A stretch of DNA of 64,000 bases from an uncultured delta proteobacterium (GTDB lineage: Bacteria; Myxococcota; Myxococcia; Myxococcales; Myxococcaceae). The translations under genes and the position numbers were made by a program. Below are positions 36,785-48,651 of the stretch, one piece after another. The stretch lies in assembly GCA_963713045.1 (NCBI GenBank), contig CAVQKE010000003.1:1248001-1312000 (forward strand). The letters are read 5' to 3'. Every line of letters starts with the position of its first letter. Position 1 is the stretch's first letter. A model generated the notes under the pieces. That model saw nothing but the letters and a program-made list of their open reading frames with translations. It was not told where the DNA came from and did no database searches.

Positions 36785-39700
36785 ATGAGTGTGCCCCTTA
36801 AAAAGGTCCTGTGCGCCAACCGGGGCGAAATCGCCATCCGCGTCTTCCGGGCCTGCAATGAGCTCGGCATCCGGACCGTCGCCATCTACAGCGACGAGGA
36901 CCGCGTCAATGAGCATCGCCACAAGGCCGACGAGGCGTACCGGGTGGGGCACGGCAAACGTCCGGTCGAGGCGTACCTCAGCATTGAAGAGATTCTCGAC
37001 GTAGCCCAGGCAGCCGGCGTCGACGCCATCCACCCGGGCTATGGCTTCCTCTCCGAAAATGCGGACTTTGCCGACGCCTGCGAGCGCCGGGGCGTGCGCT
37101 TTATCGGCCCGCGCCCGGCGGTGGTGCGGTTAATGGGCGACAAGGTGGCGGCCAAGCGTCTCGCCGAGCGGGTCGGCGTCACCGTCGTGCCCGGGACAAC
37201 CCTGGAAGGCACCGAGGCCGAGATGCTGGCCGCGGCGCGACGCTTTTTCGAGCGCCTTGGGCCGGTGATGGTGAAGGCGGCCCACGGGGGCGGCGGTCGC
37301 GGGATGCGGGTGGTGCGCAAGCTGGAGGAACTCGAGCACTCGCTGGCGGCCGCACGCTCCGAGTCGCAGCTGGCCTTCGGCAGTCCGGTGGTGTTCCTCG
37401 AGGCCTTCCTGGAGCGGGTGCGCCACCTCGAGGTGCAAATTCTAGGGGACCTCGAGGGAAACCTCGTCCACTTGCACGAGCGGGACTGCTCGGTGCAGCG
37501 CCGCCAGCAGAAAGTCATCGAAATTGCCCCCGCGCCCAACCTCACCGACGTTGTCCGGCAGAAGCTGTTCGACTTCGCACTCAAACTGGCGCGGGCAGCC
37601 GAATACTCGAGCGCGGGCACGGTGGAATTCCTGGTCGCCGGCGAGGACGTCTACTTCATCGAAGTCAACGCTCGCCTCCAAGTGGAGCACACCGTCACCG
37701 AGCAAGTGACGGGCGTCGACTTGGTCCAGGCTCAGCTCCGCATCGCCGAGGGCCACTCGCTCGGCTCCGAGCCAATTTCCATCGAAGGGCAGTCCTCCAT
37801 CCAGCCGCGCGGCTTTGCGGTGCAGATGCGCGTCACCACCGAGGACCCGGCGAACAACTTCCTCCCCGATGCGGGCACCATCCAGGCCTGGCGGCCGGCG
37901 ACGGGCTTCGGCATCCGCCTGGATGGGGGAAACGGGTACCCGGGGGCTGTCATCTCCCCGTCCTACGACTCGCTGTTGGTGAAAGTCATCGCCTACGCAC
38001 CCACCTTTGCTGGTGCGGTCCGCAAGGGGCAGCGGGCGCTGCGCGAGTTTCGCATCCGCGGGGTGAAGACCAATTTGCACTTCCTGGAAAACGTCCTTCA
38101 GTCGGACGTCTTTCTCCGTGGGGAGACGTACACCCGCTTCGTCGATGAGACGCCGTCGCTCTTTCAGTTTGCCCCGCGGCGCGACCGAGCCACCAAGCTG
38201 CTGCACTATTTGGCCGACGTCATCGTCAACGGGCACCCCACCGTCCCGCGGGCGGCTCGCCGACGCTCGGTGGAATTCGCACCGCCTCGCGTTCCGGAGG
38301 TGCCGCCCGGGCCTCCTCCGCCGGGCACGCGCCAAATTCTCGAAGCGCGCGGGCCGGCGGGGCTGGCCGCCTGGGTGAAGGCGCAGAAGCACGTCCTTCT
38401 GACCGACACCACCATGCGCGATGCGCACCAGAGCCTGCTCGCCACGCGGTTGCGTACCACCGACTTGTTACGCATCGCCCCGGCCACCATCCGCCTCGCG
38501 CCTTCGCTCTTCTCGCTGGAGTGCTGGGGCGGCGCCACCTTTGACACCGCCTACCGCTTTCTCAACGAGGACCCCTGGCAACGGCTCCGCGCGCTGCGGA
38601 CGGCGGTGCCCAACATCCTGCTGCAGATGCTGCTTCGAGGGGCGAACGCGGTCGGCTACACCAGCTACCCGGACAACCTGGTGGAGGCCTTCGTCGACGA
38701 GGCGGCGGAGGCTGGCATCGACGTCTTTCGGGTCTTCGACTCACTCAATGACCTCGACTCGATGAAGGTCAGCGTCCAGCGCATCCTGAAGACTGGGAAA
38801 GTGGCCGAGGTGGCGATGTGCTACACGGGCGACGTCTCCAACGAGAAGCGCCCCAAGTACAACCTGGACTACTACGCCGAGCTGGCCCGGCGGATTGAGG
38901 ACATGGGCGCCCACCTGTTGTGCGTCAAGGACATGGCTGGACTGCTCCGGCCGCGGGCAGCAGCGGCCCTCATCGACCGGCTGAAGCAGGCCACGGCCCT
39001 TCCCATTCACCTGCACACCCACGACACCTCCGGAAACGGAGGCGCGGCCTACCAGGAGGCCATCGACCACGGGGTGGACATCGTCGACGTCGCGCTTGCG
39101 CCGATGGCCGGGCTGACCAGTCAGCCGTCGATGAATGCACTGGTCTCCGCATTGCGCGGCCACCCGCGTGACACCGGGATCACCAACAAGCTGCTTCAGC
39201 CGTTGGCCGACTATTGGGAAGACATCCGTGAGCCCTACAGTCCCTTCGAGTGCGGGCTGAAGAGCTCCACCTCGGAGGTGTACTTCCACGAGATTCCGGG
39301 TGGCCAGTATTCCAACCTGCGGCCCCAGGTGGCGGAGATGGGACTCCTCCCTCGCTGGAACGACGTGAAGGTGGCCTTCGCGGCGGTGAACCTTTTGGTG
39401 GGAGACATCCCGAAGGTGACCCCCTCCTCCAAGATGGTAGGGGACTTCGCCATCTTTCTCCTCAAGAACGACTTGTTGGTGAAGGGCCCCACGCTGGAGG
39501 CAACTGCCGCGGCGACCCGGGTGGTGGTGCTGCGCGAGGCGGCGCGGCTGGACTTCCCCTCCAGTGTGGTGGGCTACTTCCAAGGCCACCTCGGCCATCC
39601 ACCGGGCGGCTTCCCGGAGGACCTCCGCCGGGCGGTGCTGAAGGGACTTCCGGTGGTGGAAGGCCGGCCCGGTGCCAACCTCGCTCCGCTTGACCTGGAG

Positions 39701-40276
39701 GCCCTGCGGCAGAAGCTGTCCGAGAAGACGGGGAGGCCGGCACGGCGCGACGAGGCGCTCTCCGCCGCGTTGTACCCGAGGGTAATGGACGAATACCTCG
39801 ACGGCTATGCCCGCTTCGAGGACGTCTCCATCCTCGACACACCGCTCTATTTCTATGGGCTGGAAGTGGGCCAGGAGGTGTGGGTCGACCTCGAGCCGGG
39901 CAAGACGCTGGTCATCGCACTTTCCGCGGTGGGCGAGCCCGATGAGAACGGGATGCGAACCGTCTACTTCGAGCTGAACGGCCACGGCCGCCAAGTCGCG
40001 GTGCGGGACCGCGCCCGGGCCCCCGCCGTCCGCGAGGCACGCAAAGCGGACAAGGACAACGCCGACCACGTCGGCGCCTCGATGCCCGGCACCGTCATTG
40101 GGCTTCACGTGAAAGTGGGCGACCAAGTGAAGGCTGGCGCGCCGTTGCTGACCCTCGAGGCGATGAAGATGGAGACGGTGGTCCGCGCGGTGCGCGCAGC
40201 CGGTGTGAAGGAAGTCATTCCGACGCTGAAGAGCCGCGTCCAGGCGGGCGACTTGCTCGCCGTCCTCGGGCCTTAG
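36785..40276 (+). CDS. pyc: Pyruvate carboxylase
   Basis: ANRGEIA biotin carboxylase domain, RDAHQS carboxyltransferase domain, HLHTHDT, biotin site EAMKM. Confidence 0.97.
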   Translation: MSVPLKKVLCANRGEIAIRVFRACNELGIRTVAIYSDEDRVNEHRHKADEAYRVGHGKRPVEAYLSIEEILDVAQAAGVDAIHPGYGFLSENADFADACERRGVRFIGPRPAVVRLMGDKVAAKRLAERVGVTVVPGTTLEGTEAEMLAAARRFFERLGPVMVKAAHGGGGRGMRVVRKLEELEHSLAAARSESQLAFGSPVVFLEAFLERVRHLEVQILGDLEGNLVHLHERDCSVQRRQQKVIEIAPAPNLTDVVRQKLFDFALKLARAAEYSSAGTVEFLVAGEDVYFIEVNARLQVEHTVTEQVTGVDLVQAQLRIAEGHSLGSEPISIEGQSSIQPRGFAVQMRVTTEDPANNFLPDAGTIQAWRPATGFGIRLDGGNGYPGAVISPSYDSLLVKVIAYAPTFAGAVRKGQRALREFRIRGVKTNLHFLENVLQSDVFLRGETYTRFVDETPSLFQFAPRRDRATKLLHYLADVIVNGHPTVPRAARRRSVEFAPPRVPEVPPGPPPPGTRQILEARGPAGLAAWVKAQKHVLLTDTTMRDAHQSLLATRLRTTDLLRIAPATIRLAPSLFSLECWGGATFDTAYRFLNEDPWQRLRALRTAVPNILLQMLLRGANAVGYTSYPDNLVEAFVDEAAEAGIDVFRVFDSLNDLDSMKVSVQRILKTGKVAEVAMCYTGDVSNEKRPKYNLDYYAELARRIEDMGAHLLCVKDMAGLLRPRAAAALIDRLKQATALPIHLHTHDTSGNGGAAYQEAIDHGVDIVDVALAPMAGLTSQPSMNALVSALRGHPRDTGITNKLLQPLADYWEDIREPYSPFECGLKSSTSEVYFHEIPGGQYSNLRPQVAEMGLLPRWNDVKVAFAAVNLLVGDIPKVTPSSKMVGDFAIFLLKNDLLVKGPTLEATAAATRVVVLREAARLDFPSSVVGYFQGHLGHPPGGFPEDLRRAVLKGLPVVEGRPGANLAPLDLEALRQKLSEKTGRPARRDEALSAALYPRVMDEYLDGYARFEDVSILDTPLYFYGLEVGQEVWVDLEPGKTLVIALSAVGEPDENGMRTVYFELNGHGRQVAVRDRARAPAVREARKADKDNADHVGASMPGTVIGLHVKVGDQVKAGAPLLTLEAMKMETVVRAVRAAGVKEVIPTLKSRVQAGDLLAVLGP

Positions 40277-40288
40277 GACGGGCCGTCC

Positions 40289-40930
40289 TCAGCGGCGCTG
40301 GGCCGCCGCGACCGGCGGGGGAAGCACCGCCCGCATGTCCTGGAGAAATTCTTGGACGATGCTGTTCAGCCCCTCATTCCAGGCATTGGCCACCGCCGCC
40401 GCCGACTTTTCCACCGGCAGTCGCCGGAGGTAGGCCTTTCGCAGCAGCGTCGTCACCGGCTGGGGAAGCGGCGGCACCGAGAGCACCACCATTTCCACGC
40501 CCACCGCTGCGACCGGCTTGTCCGGGACGGTGAAGTCACCTTCTAGGTCGCTGACGTAGGCCTCCACCAGGAGGTCCGCTTCCTCTGGCCCACCCTGTTC
40601 CACGACGTTGCGGACGAAGTCCTGGTTGGCGAGGGAGGCCCGAAACAAGGTGAGCACCAGCGCCTGCGGCGAGGCGGCAAGGACTGCGTATGGGTCCTTG
40701 TCGAAGCTGTGCGGACCGGTGCGGTAACTGAGTTGCCGGCCAGCAAACTCCGGGGCCACCTCCACCCGGTCGACCGAGACCAGGTACGTCCCTTGGGCCG
40801 GATGGGTATTCACCAAGCGAGGCGCGTCGATGGAATAAATTTGCGGGCCGTTGGGCGGCTTGGAAATACAACCGATGGAGCCAAGGAAGAGCGCCAGCAG
40901 GCCCGCCAGGCATGCACGTGGACTCATCAC
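40289..40930 (-). CDS. PqiC-like ABC transport auxiliary lipoprotein
   Basis: Lipobox IGC; last gene of the mlaE-F-D operon; LSYR motif. Confidence 0.72.
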   Translation of the reverse strand: MMSPRACLAGLLALFLGSIGCISKPPNGPQIYSIDAPRLVNTHPAQGTYLVSVDRVEVAPEFAGRQLSYRTGPHSFDKDPYAVLAASPQALVLTLFRASLANQDFVRNVVEQGGPEEADLLVEAYVSDLEGDFTVPDKPVAAVGVEMVVLSVPPLPQPVTTLLRKAYLRRLPVEKSAAAVANAWNEGLNSIVQEFLQDMRAVLPPPVAAAQRR

Positions 40931-41853
40931 TGCTTCTCCTTGGACAGAGCGGGGGCCGGCGGCGGTGGGTCGCCAAAGAGGAAGCCCGCCGGGTAGCGAT
41001 TGAGTTGCTCGAGCACGTTGTTCAGCTCGCGCGTCGCATCGCGCGTGCCGGCCAAGGTGTCGTTGAGGTTGCGGAAGTCGATGTTCGACAGGCGGCCGGC
41101 GGTCCGCTCCAAGCGGGCGTTGGTGTCCTGCAGCCCAAGCACCAACTGATTGGCATTGGCTCCCAGCGCCCCCAGCTTGAGGGACTGAATCTCGTTTCGG
41201 ATGTCGTCGATGGCGTTGCGCGCCGCAACCACCGTCCGCTCCACCTCATTGGAGATGGCTTTGGTGTTTAAGTCATCGAGCTTGGTCTGGACGGTGGCTC
41301 CGAGAGCCTCGAAATTAATCTTGTCGAGGCTGCTCATGACGCGCGTCACGGCCGTAATAATTTGATTGAACTCGCTCGGTGCAGACGGAATGTAGAGGCT
41401 CTTCGGCGTCCAGGAGAATTCCATCGGCGGGTACTGCTTGGGGTCGACGTACTTGAGGGCCAGGATGCTGGTTCCGGTGATGCCCTCTCCCTGGACCACC
41501 GCGCGCAGGCCCTGCTCGATGGCGTCGTGAAGCTTTCCACCAACGTCACCGCCCCCGGGAAAGGGGCTCGAGGACTTCGCCACGTTGAAACGGATGACAA
41601 CGCAGCGAGGGTTTCCTGGCGGGTAATCGTTCCATGAGAAGCGGATGGAGGTGACTTGACCGACGTTCACGCCGCGAAGCTTGACGGCAGACCCGACGCT
41701 CAGTCCTTCAACGTCGCCCTCCACATAGGTCTCGAAGCGCTCCACCGGCTCCACCTCACGGCTGAAGGCGAATGCCACCAAGCCGGCCATCACCAGACCA
41801 ATCCCAACCAGCACGAAGGCGCCTATCTTGAATTCGTGGGCTCGTTCGGTCAT
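40927..41853 (-). CDS. MlaD/MCE family protein
   Basis: KIGAFV TM, GLSVGSAVKLRGVNVGQV MCE motif, helical C-terminus. Confidence 0.9.
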   Translation of the reverse strand: MTERAHEFKIGAFVLVGIGLVMAGLVAFAFSREVEPVERFETYVEGDVEGLSVGSAVKLRGVNVGQVTSIRFSWNDYPPGNPRCVVIRFNVAKSSSPFPGGGDVGGKLHDAIEQGLRAVVQGEGITGTSILALKYVDPKQYPPMEFSWTPKSLYIPSAPSEFNQIITAVTRVMSSLDKINFEALGATVQTKLDDLNTKAISNEVERTVVAARNAIDDIRNEIQSLKLGALGANANQLVLGLQDTNARLERTAGRLSNIDFRNLNDTLAGTRDATRELNNVLEQLNRYPAGFLFGDPPPPAPALSKEKQ

Positions 41854-42635
41854 CCGGTCTTCCTCGGCGTTTCAGGGTCTGCCTCGCGGCGGAAAAATTG
41901 ACGCACCACTGGGTCTTCGGAGTGGTCACGGAGGTCCGCCGGCTTCCCCTCGGCGATGATTGTTTTCCGCTCGCCTTCCACCATGATGCAGCGGTCGGCA
42001 ATCGCAAAAATGCTTTGCAGCTCGTGAGTCACCACGACGAAGGTGATGCCAAAATCACGCGAGAGGCCACGAATCAGCCGGTCCAGCCCCGCAGAAGTAA
42101 TCGGGTCCAACCCGGCCGAGGGCTCGTCGAGGAAAAGGATGGCCGGGTCCAGCGCCATCGCCCGCGCGATGCCGGCGCGCTTTTGCATGCCGCCGGACAG
42201 CTCGGCCGGCATGCGGAGCGCTGCGTCGAAGAGGCCGACCAGTTTGAGCTTGGTCAGGGCGACCAGCTCTCGCTCAGACAGGTCCAAGCGGGTGAATTCG
42301 TCCAGTGGAAGTCGGGCGTTTTCGACCAGCGTCATCGAGCCGAAGAGCGCGCCGCTCTGGTACATGACGCCGAATTTGTTGAGCAGCCGGAGCCGCTCTG
42401 GACCTTGGGCGGAAACCATGTCGACGCCGTCGAAGAGAATTTTCCCATGGAGGGGTTCCAACAGACCAATCATGCACTTGAGGAGCGAACTCTTTCCGGA
42501 ACCGGAACCTCCGAGGATGACGAAAACCTCGCCCCGTTGGACTTGGAAGTTGAGGTCCTGCTGAACCACCCGCTCGCCGTAGGCAATGGTGAGGTGCTCG
42601 ACCACGATGATGGGCTGCTTGTCGGCGCCAGTCAT
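41850..42635 (-). CDS. MlaF-like ABC transporter ATP-binding protein
   Basis: GGSGSGKS, YQSGALF, LSGGMQKR, DEPSAGLDP, VTHE; ATGA overlap with the permease. Confidence 0.92.
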   Translation of the reverse strand: MTGADKQPIIVVEHLTIAYGERVVQQDLNFQVQRGEVFVILGGSGSGKSSLLKCMIGLLEPLHGKILFDGVDMVSAQGPERLRLLNKFGVMYQSGALFGSMTLVENARLPLDEFTRLDLSERELVALTKLKLVGLFDAALRMPAELSGGMQKRAGIARAMALDPAILFLDEPSAGLDPITSAGLDRLIRGLSRDFGITFVVVTHELQSIFAIADRCIMVEGERKTIIAEGKPADLRDHSEDPVVRQFFRREADPETPRKTG

Positions 42636-43813
42636 ATGTCGAAGGCAAAGGCGAAGACGGAGAACACGGCGTCGATGATGATGATGAGCAAGATGCCGGA
42701 GACCACCGCTCGGGTGGCCGAGTCCCCGACGGCGCTTGGCCCCTGGCGGGTGCGCATGCCGTGGTAGCAGCCGAGGCCAGCGACCACTGTGCCGAAGACG
42801 ACGGCTTTGACGAGGCCGAAGACAATGTCTTTCAGGGCGAGGGCTGACGTCAGCTGTGACCAAATCAGCGCCAGCGGGAAGCCCATCAGCTTGGTGACGA
42901 TGACGCCGCCGAGGATGCCCATCGCCATCGAATAGGCCGTCAGCAAGGGCATGGCGAAGGTGCCGGCCAGCACCCGCTGCACGACCAGGAAGCGCATCGG
43001 GTCAAGCCCCATCGTCTTCAGCGCATCCAGCTCTTCATTCACCTTCATCGTCCCCAGCTCAGCGGCAAACGCGGAGCCCGTTCGGCCGGCAAAGACGATG
43101 GCGGTCATGATGGGGCCAAGCTCGCGGACCATCACCAGGCCAATCATGTTGGCGATGTAGATTTGCGCGCCGAATTGCTTGAGCGGCTGGGCGGCCTCAA
43201 AGGCAATAATCAACCCGGTGAGGAGGCTGATGAGCGAGACGATGAAGAGGGCATTCGCGCCCGCCTTTTCGAAGACCCGCGCCAGCTCGCCGATGCGCAC
43301 CCACTTGGGGCGACGCACCACAGCAGCCAACGCAATGCTCAGCCGCCCGAGGAAACCCACCACCTCGAGGACGTCCTGTCCAAGCCCCAGCGTCGCCGTT
43401 CCCACCTCGATTGCAATCGGCTGGCGGCCCGGGCGCCTCTCCACGGCCTTCACCTCATCGGGCGTCGGAAAAGCGGCCAGCAGCTTTTGAAGCTCGGGCC
43501 GCAGCCCCCGCAGCGTTGCCTGGACGCCGGACGTGAAGCGGCCGTGGAGAAGCTCATAGAGGATGACCATCCCCGAAGCGTCACCGGCTTGGATGTGACT
43601 CGCGTCGACTTCCACTTTCTGGAACGACTTGCCGGAAAGCTGGGTGGAAATCTCCTGGCGTGCCGTCACTGCGGTGTGGACGTCCAGCTCGCCGGAGAGC
43701 GCCAACAGGGCGCTCCCAGGGGACGTTTCCGTCAGGGCAACCGCGACCTCGGGACTGGCCTCCACGCTCGCACCATAGAGGAGTCGCGGCCGGCTGTACG
43801 CCGTTTTGGGCAC
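42632..43813 (-). CDS. MlaE family permease with N-terminal STAS-like domain (start may be 43765)
   Basis: RELGPIMTAI, GRTGSAFAAELGTMKVNEELDAL, VG..ATRAVV. Confidence 0.9.
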   Translation of the reverse strand: MPKTAYSRPRLLYGASVEASPEVAVALTETSPGSALLALSGELDVHTAVTARQEISTQLSGKSFQKVEVDASHIQAGDASGMVILYELLHGRFTSGVQATLRGLRPELQKLLAAFPTPDEVKAVERRPGRQPIAIEVGTATLGLGQDVLEVVGFLGRLSIALAAVVRRPKWVRIGELARVFEKAGANALFIVSLISLLTGLIIAFEAAQPLKQFGAQIYIANMIGLVMVRELGPIMTAIVFAGRTGSAFAAELGTMKVNEELDALKTMGLDPMRFLVVQRVLAGTFAMPLLTAYSMAMGILGGVIVTKLMGFPLALIWSQLTSALALKDIVFGLVKAVVFGTVVAGLGCYHGMRTRQGPSAVGDSATRAVVSGILLIIIIDAVFSVFAFAFDI

Positions 43814-43904
43814 CTGGGTTCAGAGGCGACCCTTGGAAGGTCGGTGGCGCGTGCAGCCCCTTACAGCTTGCGGACGAAGAGCGGTGTAGCCTCCTGCGCT
43901 GCAC

Positions 43905-44669
43905 GTGAGCGCCAGCGTCGAAGGCACGGTACGCGCCCTGGCGGTCATCCCCGTCCGCTGGGGCTCCACCCGGTTTCCCGGAAAACCCCTCGCGACCCTT
44001 GCCGGACGGCCGCTGGTGCAGCACGTGGTGGAGGCCGCCCTCAACTCGCTGGCTTTCGAGCGGGTGCTGGTGGCCACGGACGATGAGCGCATTGCCGAGG
44101 CGGTGGCCCGTTTCGGCGGCGACGTCGAGCTGACGTCCGCGGCGCATCGCTCGGGAACGGACCGAGTGGCGGAAGTGGTGAGCCGCCTGCCGGCTGAGGC
44201 TCCCGACGTGGTGGTCAACGTGCAAGGCGACGAGCCGATGTTGGATGGAGCCTCCCTGCAACGCCTGGTGCACGCCTTCACGGACGTCCGGGTCGCCATG
44301 GCCACCCTGGTCCGGCCGCTGGAGGACGCGTCGGAGCGGCTGAGTCCCCACGTGGTGAAGGTGGTTCCGGACGTGCGCGGGGACGCCCTGTACTTCAGCC
44401 GGGCGGACATCCCTTTTGACCGGGATGGAATGCGGGTGCCCCGCTTCGCGCATGTCGGGCTCTACGGCTACCGTCGGGCAACGCTGTTACGCCTGGCCCA
44501 GCTGCCGCCTGGCACGCTGGAGCAGGCCGAGTCGCTGGAACAGCTCCGGGCTCTGGAGCATGGGATTCGTATCCGCTGCGTCCTGACCGAGCACCAGGGC
44601 ATGGGCGTGGATACCCCAGCGGACCTCGCGCGCGCCGAAGCGGCATTGGCAGCGCGCGGCAGCGGCTGA
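43905..44669 (+). CDS. kdsB: 3-deoxy-manno-octulosonate cytidylyltransferase
   Basis: IP.RWGSTRFPGKPL, SGTDR, NVQGDEP, ALYFSR, ESLEQLRALE. Confidence 0.95.
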   Translation: MSASVEGTVRALAVIPVRWGSTRFPGKPLATLAGRPLVQHVVEAALNSLAFERVLVATDDERIAEAVARFGGDVELTSAAHRSGTDRVAEVVSRLPAEAPDVVVNVQGDEPMLDGASLQRLVHAFTDVRVAMATLVRPLEDASERLSPHVVKVVPDVRGDALYFSRADIPFDRDGMRVPRFAHVGLYGYRRATLLRLAQLPPGTLEQAESLEQLRALEHGIRIRCVLTEHQGMGVDTPADLARAEAALAARGSG

Positions 44670-47224
<2,555 letters not shown>

Positions 47225-47365
47225 CGCGCAGCGCGCCGCTGCCCGGGGTGGACATCACCTCGGCCGGGCAAATCACCCTGGGGGGAAAATCAGCTTTGCG
47301 GCCCCGGCGGTTTCGGGGCAAAGATGAAAAGGCCCCGCTGGGGCTCGTTCGAGGACGGTCACTCC

Positions 47366-47950
47366 ATGGCGGACACGCTTTACACCACGCACGACATCAG
47401 CCGGCTGTTGCAGGTCGACCCGTCCACGGTGAGCAAATGGATTGACCGCGGCATCCTGGTGGCCTTTCGCACGCCAGGCGGACACCGGCGGGTGCGCGCT
47501 GGAGATTTGCGCTCCTTTCTCATCGCCCACGAGATGCCGGTGCCGGAGGAGCTGGGAAGTTCTGCGGTGCGCCTCCTCGTGGTGGATGACGAGAAGCCAG
47601 TGCTGGATGCCGTGAAGCGCGCCTTCAAGGCCCACTCCCATCAGGTGGAGCTGACCACCACCACCTCGGGCGTCGAGGCGCTGCTCCTGGTGACCGAAAT
47701 CAAACCGCACGGCCTCCTCATCGACTTGAATATGCCGGAGGTCGACGGCTTCGAAGTCTGCCGCCGAATCAAGGCGCGGAAAAACCTGGAGGGTGTCCGG
47801 CTCATCACCATGACCGGCCGTCACAGTCCAGAGACGGTGGAGCAGTCGCTCAAGGCAGGCGCGGTGGCCTGCATCGCCAAGCCGGTGGACGTGGCCCAGG
47901 TCCTCGAAGTGTTCCGTGTTCCCTTGGCGATGAACAAGAGGGCCGGCTGA
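47366..47950 (+). CDS. Response regulator with N-terminal excisionase/MerR-like HTH
   Basis: YTTHDISRLL..TVSKWID.G....RTPGGHRR, then a receiver (VDDE, DLNMP, KP). Confidence 0.88.
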   Translation: MADTLYTTHDISRLLQVDPSTVSKWIDRGILVAFRTPGGHRRVRAGDLRSFLIAHEMPVPEELGSSAVRLLVVDDEKPVLDAVKRAFKAHSHQVELTTTTSGVEALLLVTEIKPHGLLIDLNMPEVDGFEVCRRIKARKNLEGVRLITMTGRHSPETVEQSLKAGAVACIAKPVDVAQVLEVFRVPLAMNKRAG

Positions 47951-47962
47951 CAGCAGCGCGCC

Positions 47963-48457
47963 CTACTTGGCGCCGGCGTCCGCGTTGTCGACAATGCGGC
48001 AGTTGCGCGCCGCACTGGTCACTTTTCCAGCGATGAGTTCCCCCAACCCTTCCCCAGCGATGGAGAGGTTGAGCGAGAAGTCGGTGCCGTTCTCGCCGCG
48101 GACTTTGATGCCGTTGCCCAGGACGAGGCGGCTGCCTTCCACCTTGGCGTCAGGCGCCACAGTCACCTTCCCCCCGAAGGAGATGGCACTTCCCGTCACC
48201 TTGGCGCCGGACTCGATGGTGACTGAGCCATTGACCGCGACGGCACTCTTCACGTGCGCACCCCGCCGGACGATGACATTGCCGTCGATGGCGACCGCGT
48301 CATTGACGTGCTTGCCCGCCTCCACCACCACGTCCTTGCCTCGAGCCACCACATCGCCGGCCTGCACCTCAATGACGCAGTCGTTCGAGGCGTCGCCGGC
48401 CTGGGCGAGGCTGGGGTAGAGCGCGACGAGGCCGAGGAGCGGGGCGAGGCGGCGCAT
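47963..48457 (-). CDS. Exported small beta-solenoid (bactofilin-like repeat) protein
   Basis: Signal peptide, repeats of AV..G.V.V..GA.V, flanking Cys pair. Confidence 0.6.
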   Translation of the reverse strand: MRRLAPLLGLVALYPSLAQAGDASNDCVIEVQAGDVVARGKDVVVEAGKHVNDAVAIDGNVIVRRGAHVKSAVAVNGSVTIESGAKVTGSAISFGGKVTVAPDAKVEGSRLVLGNGIKVRGENGTDFSLNLSIAGEGLGELIAGKVTSAARNCRIVDNADAGAK

Positions 48458-48651
48458 GAAGACCTCCGAAATCCTTCCTTACACGTACGCCCACACGGGG
48501 AGGCGATTGCCGAGGGTGGGAAGACTCTACGCACAGGTGGGGACTCTCCTCCCCCCAGGGTGTGGGGTGGACACCCGTGCTGGCGGCACTTTTCAGCTGA
48601 CTGACTCAGCCCTGGCCCTCGGTACGGTTCCTGCTGCTTCAAACGCTCCCC

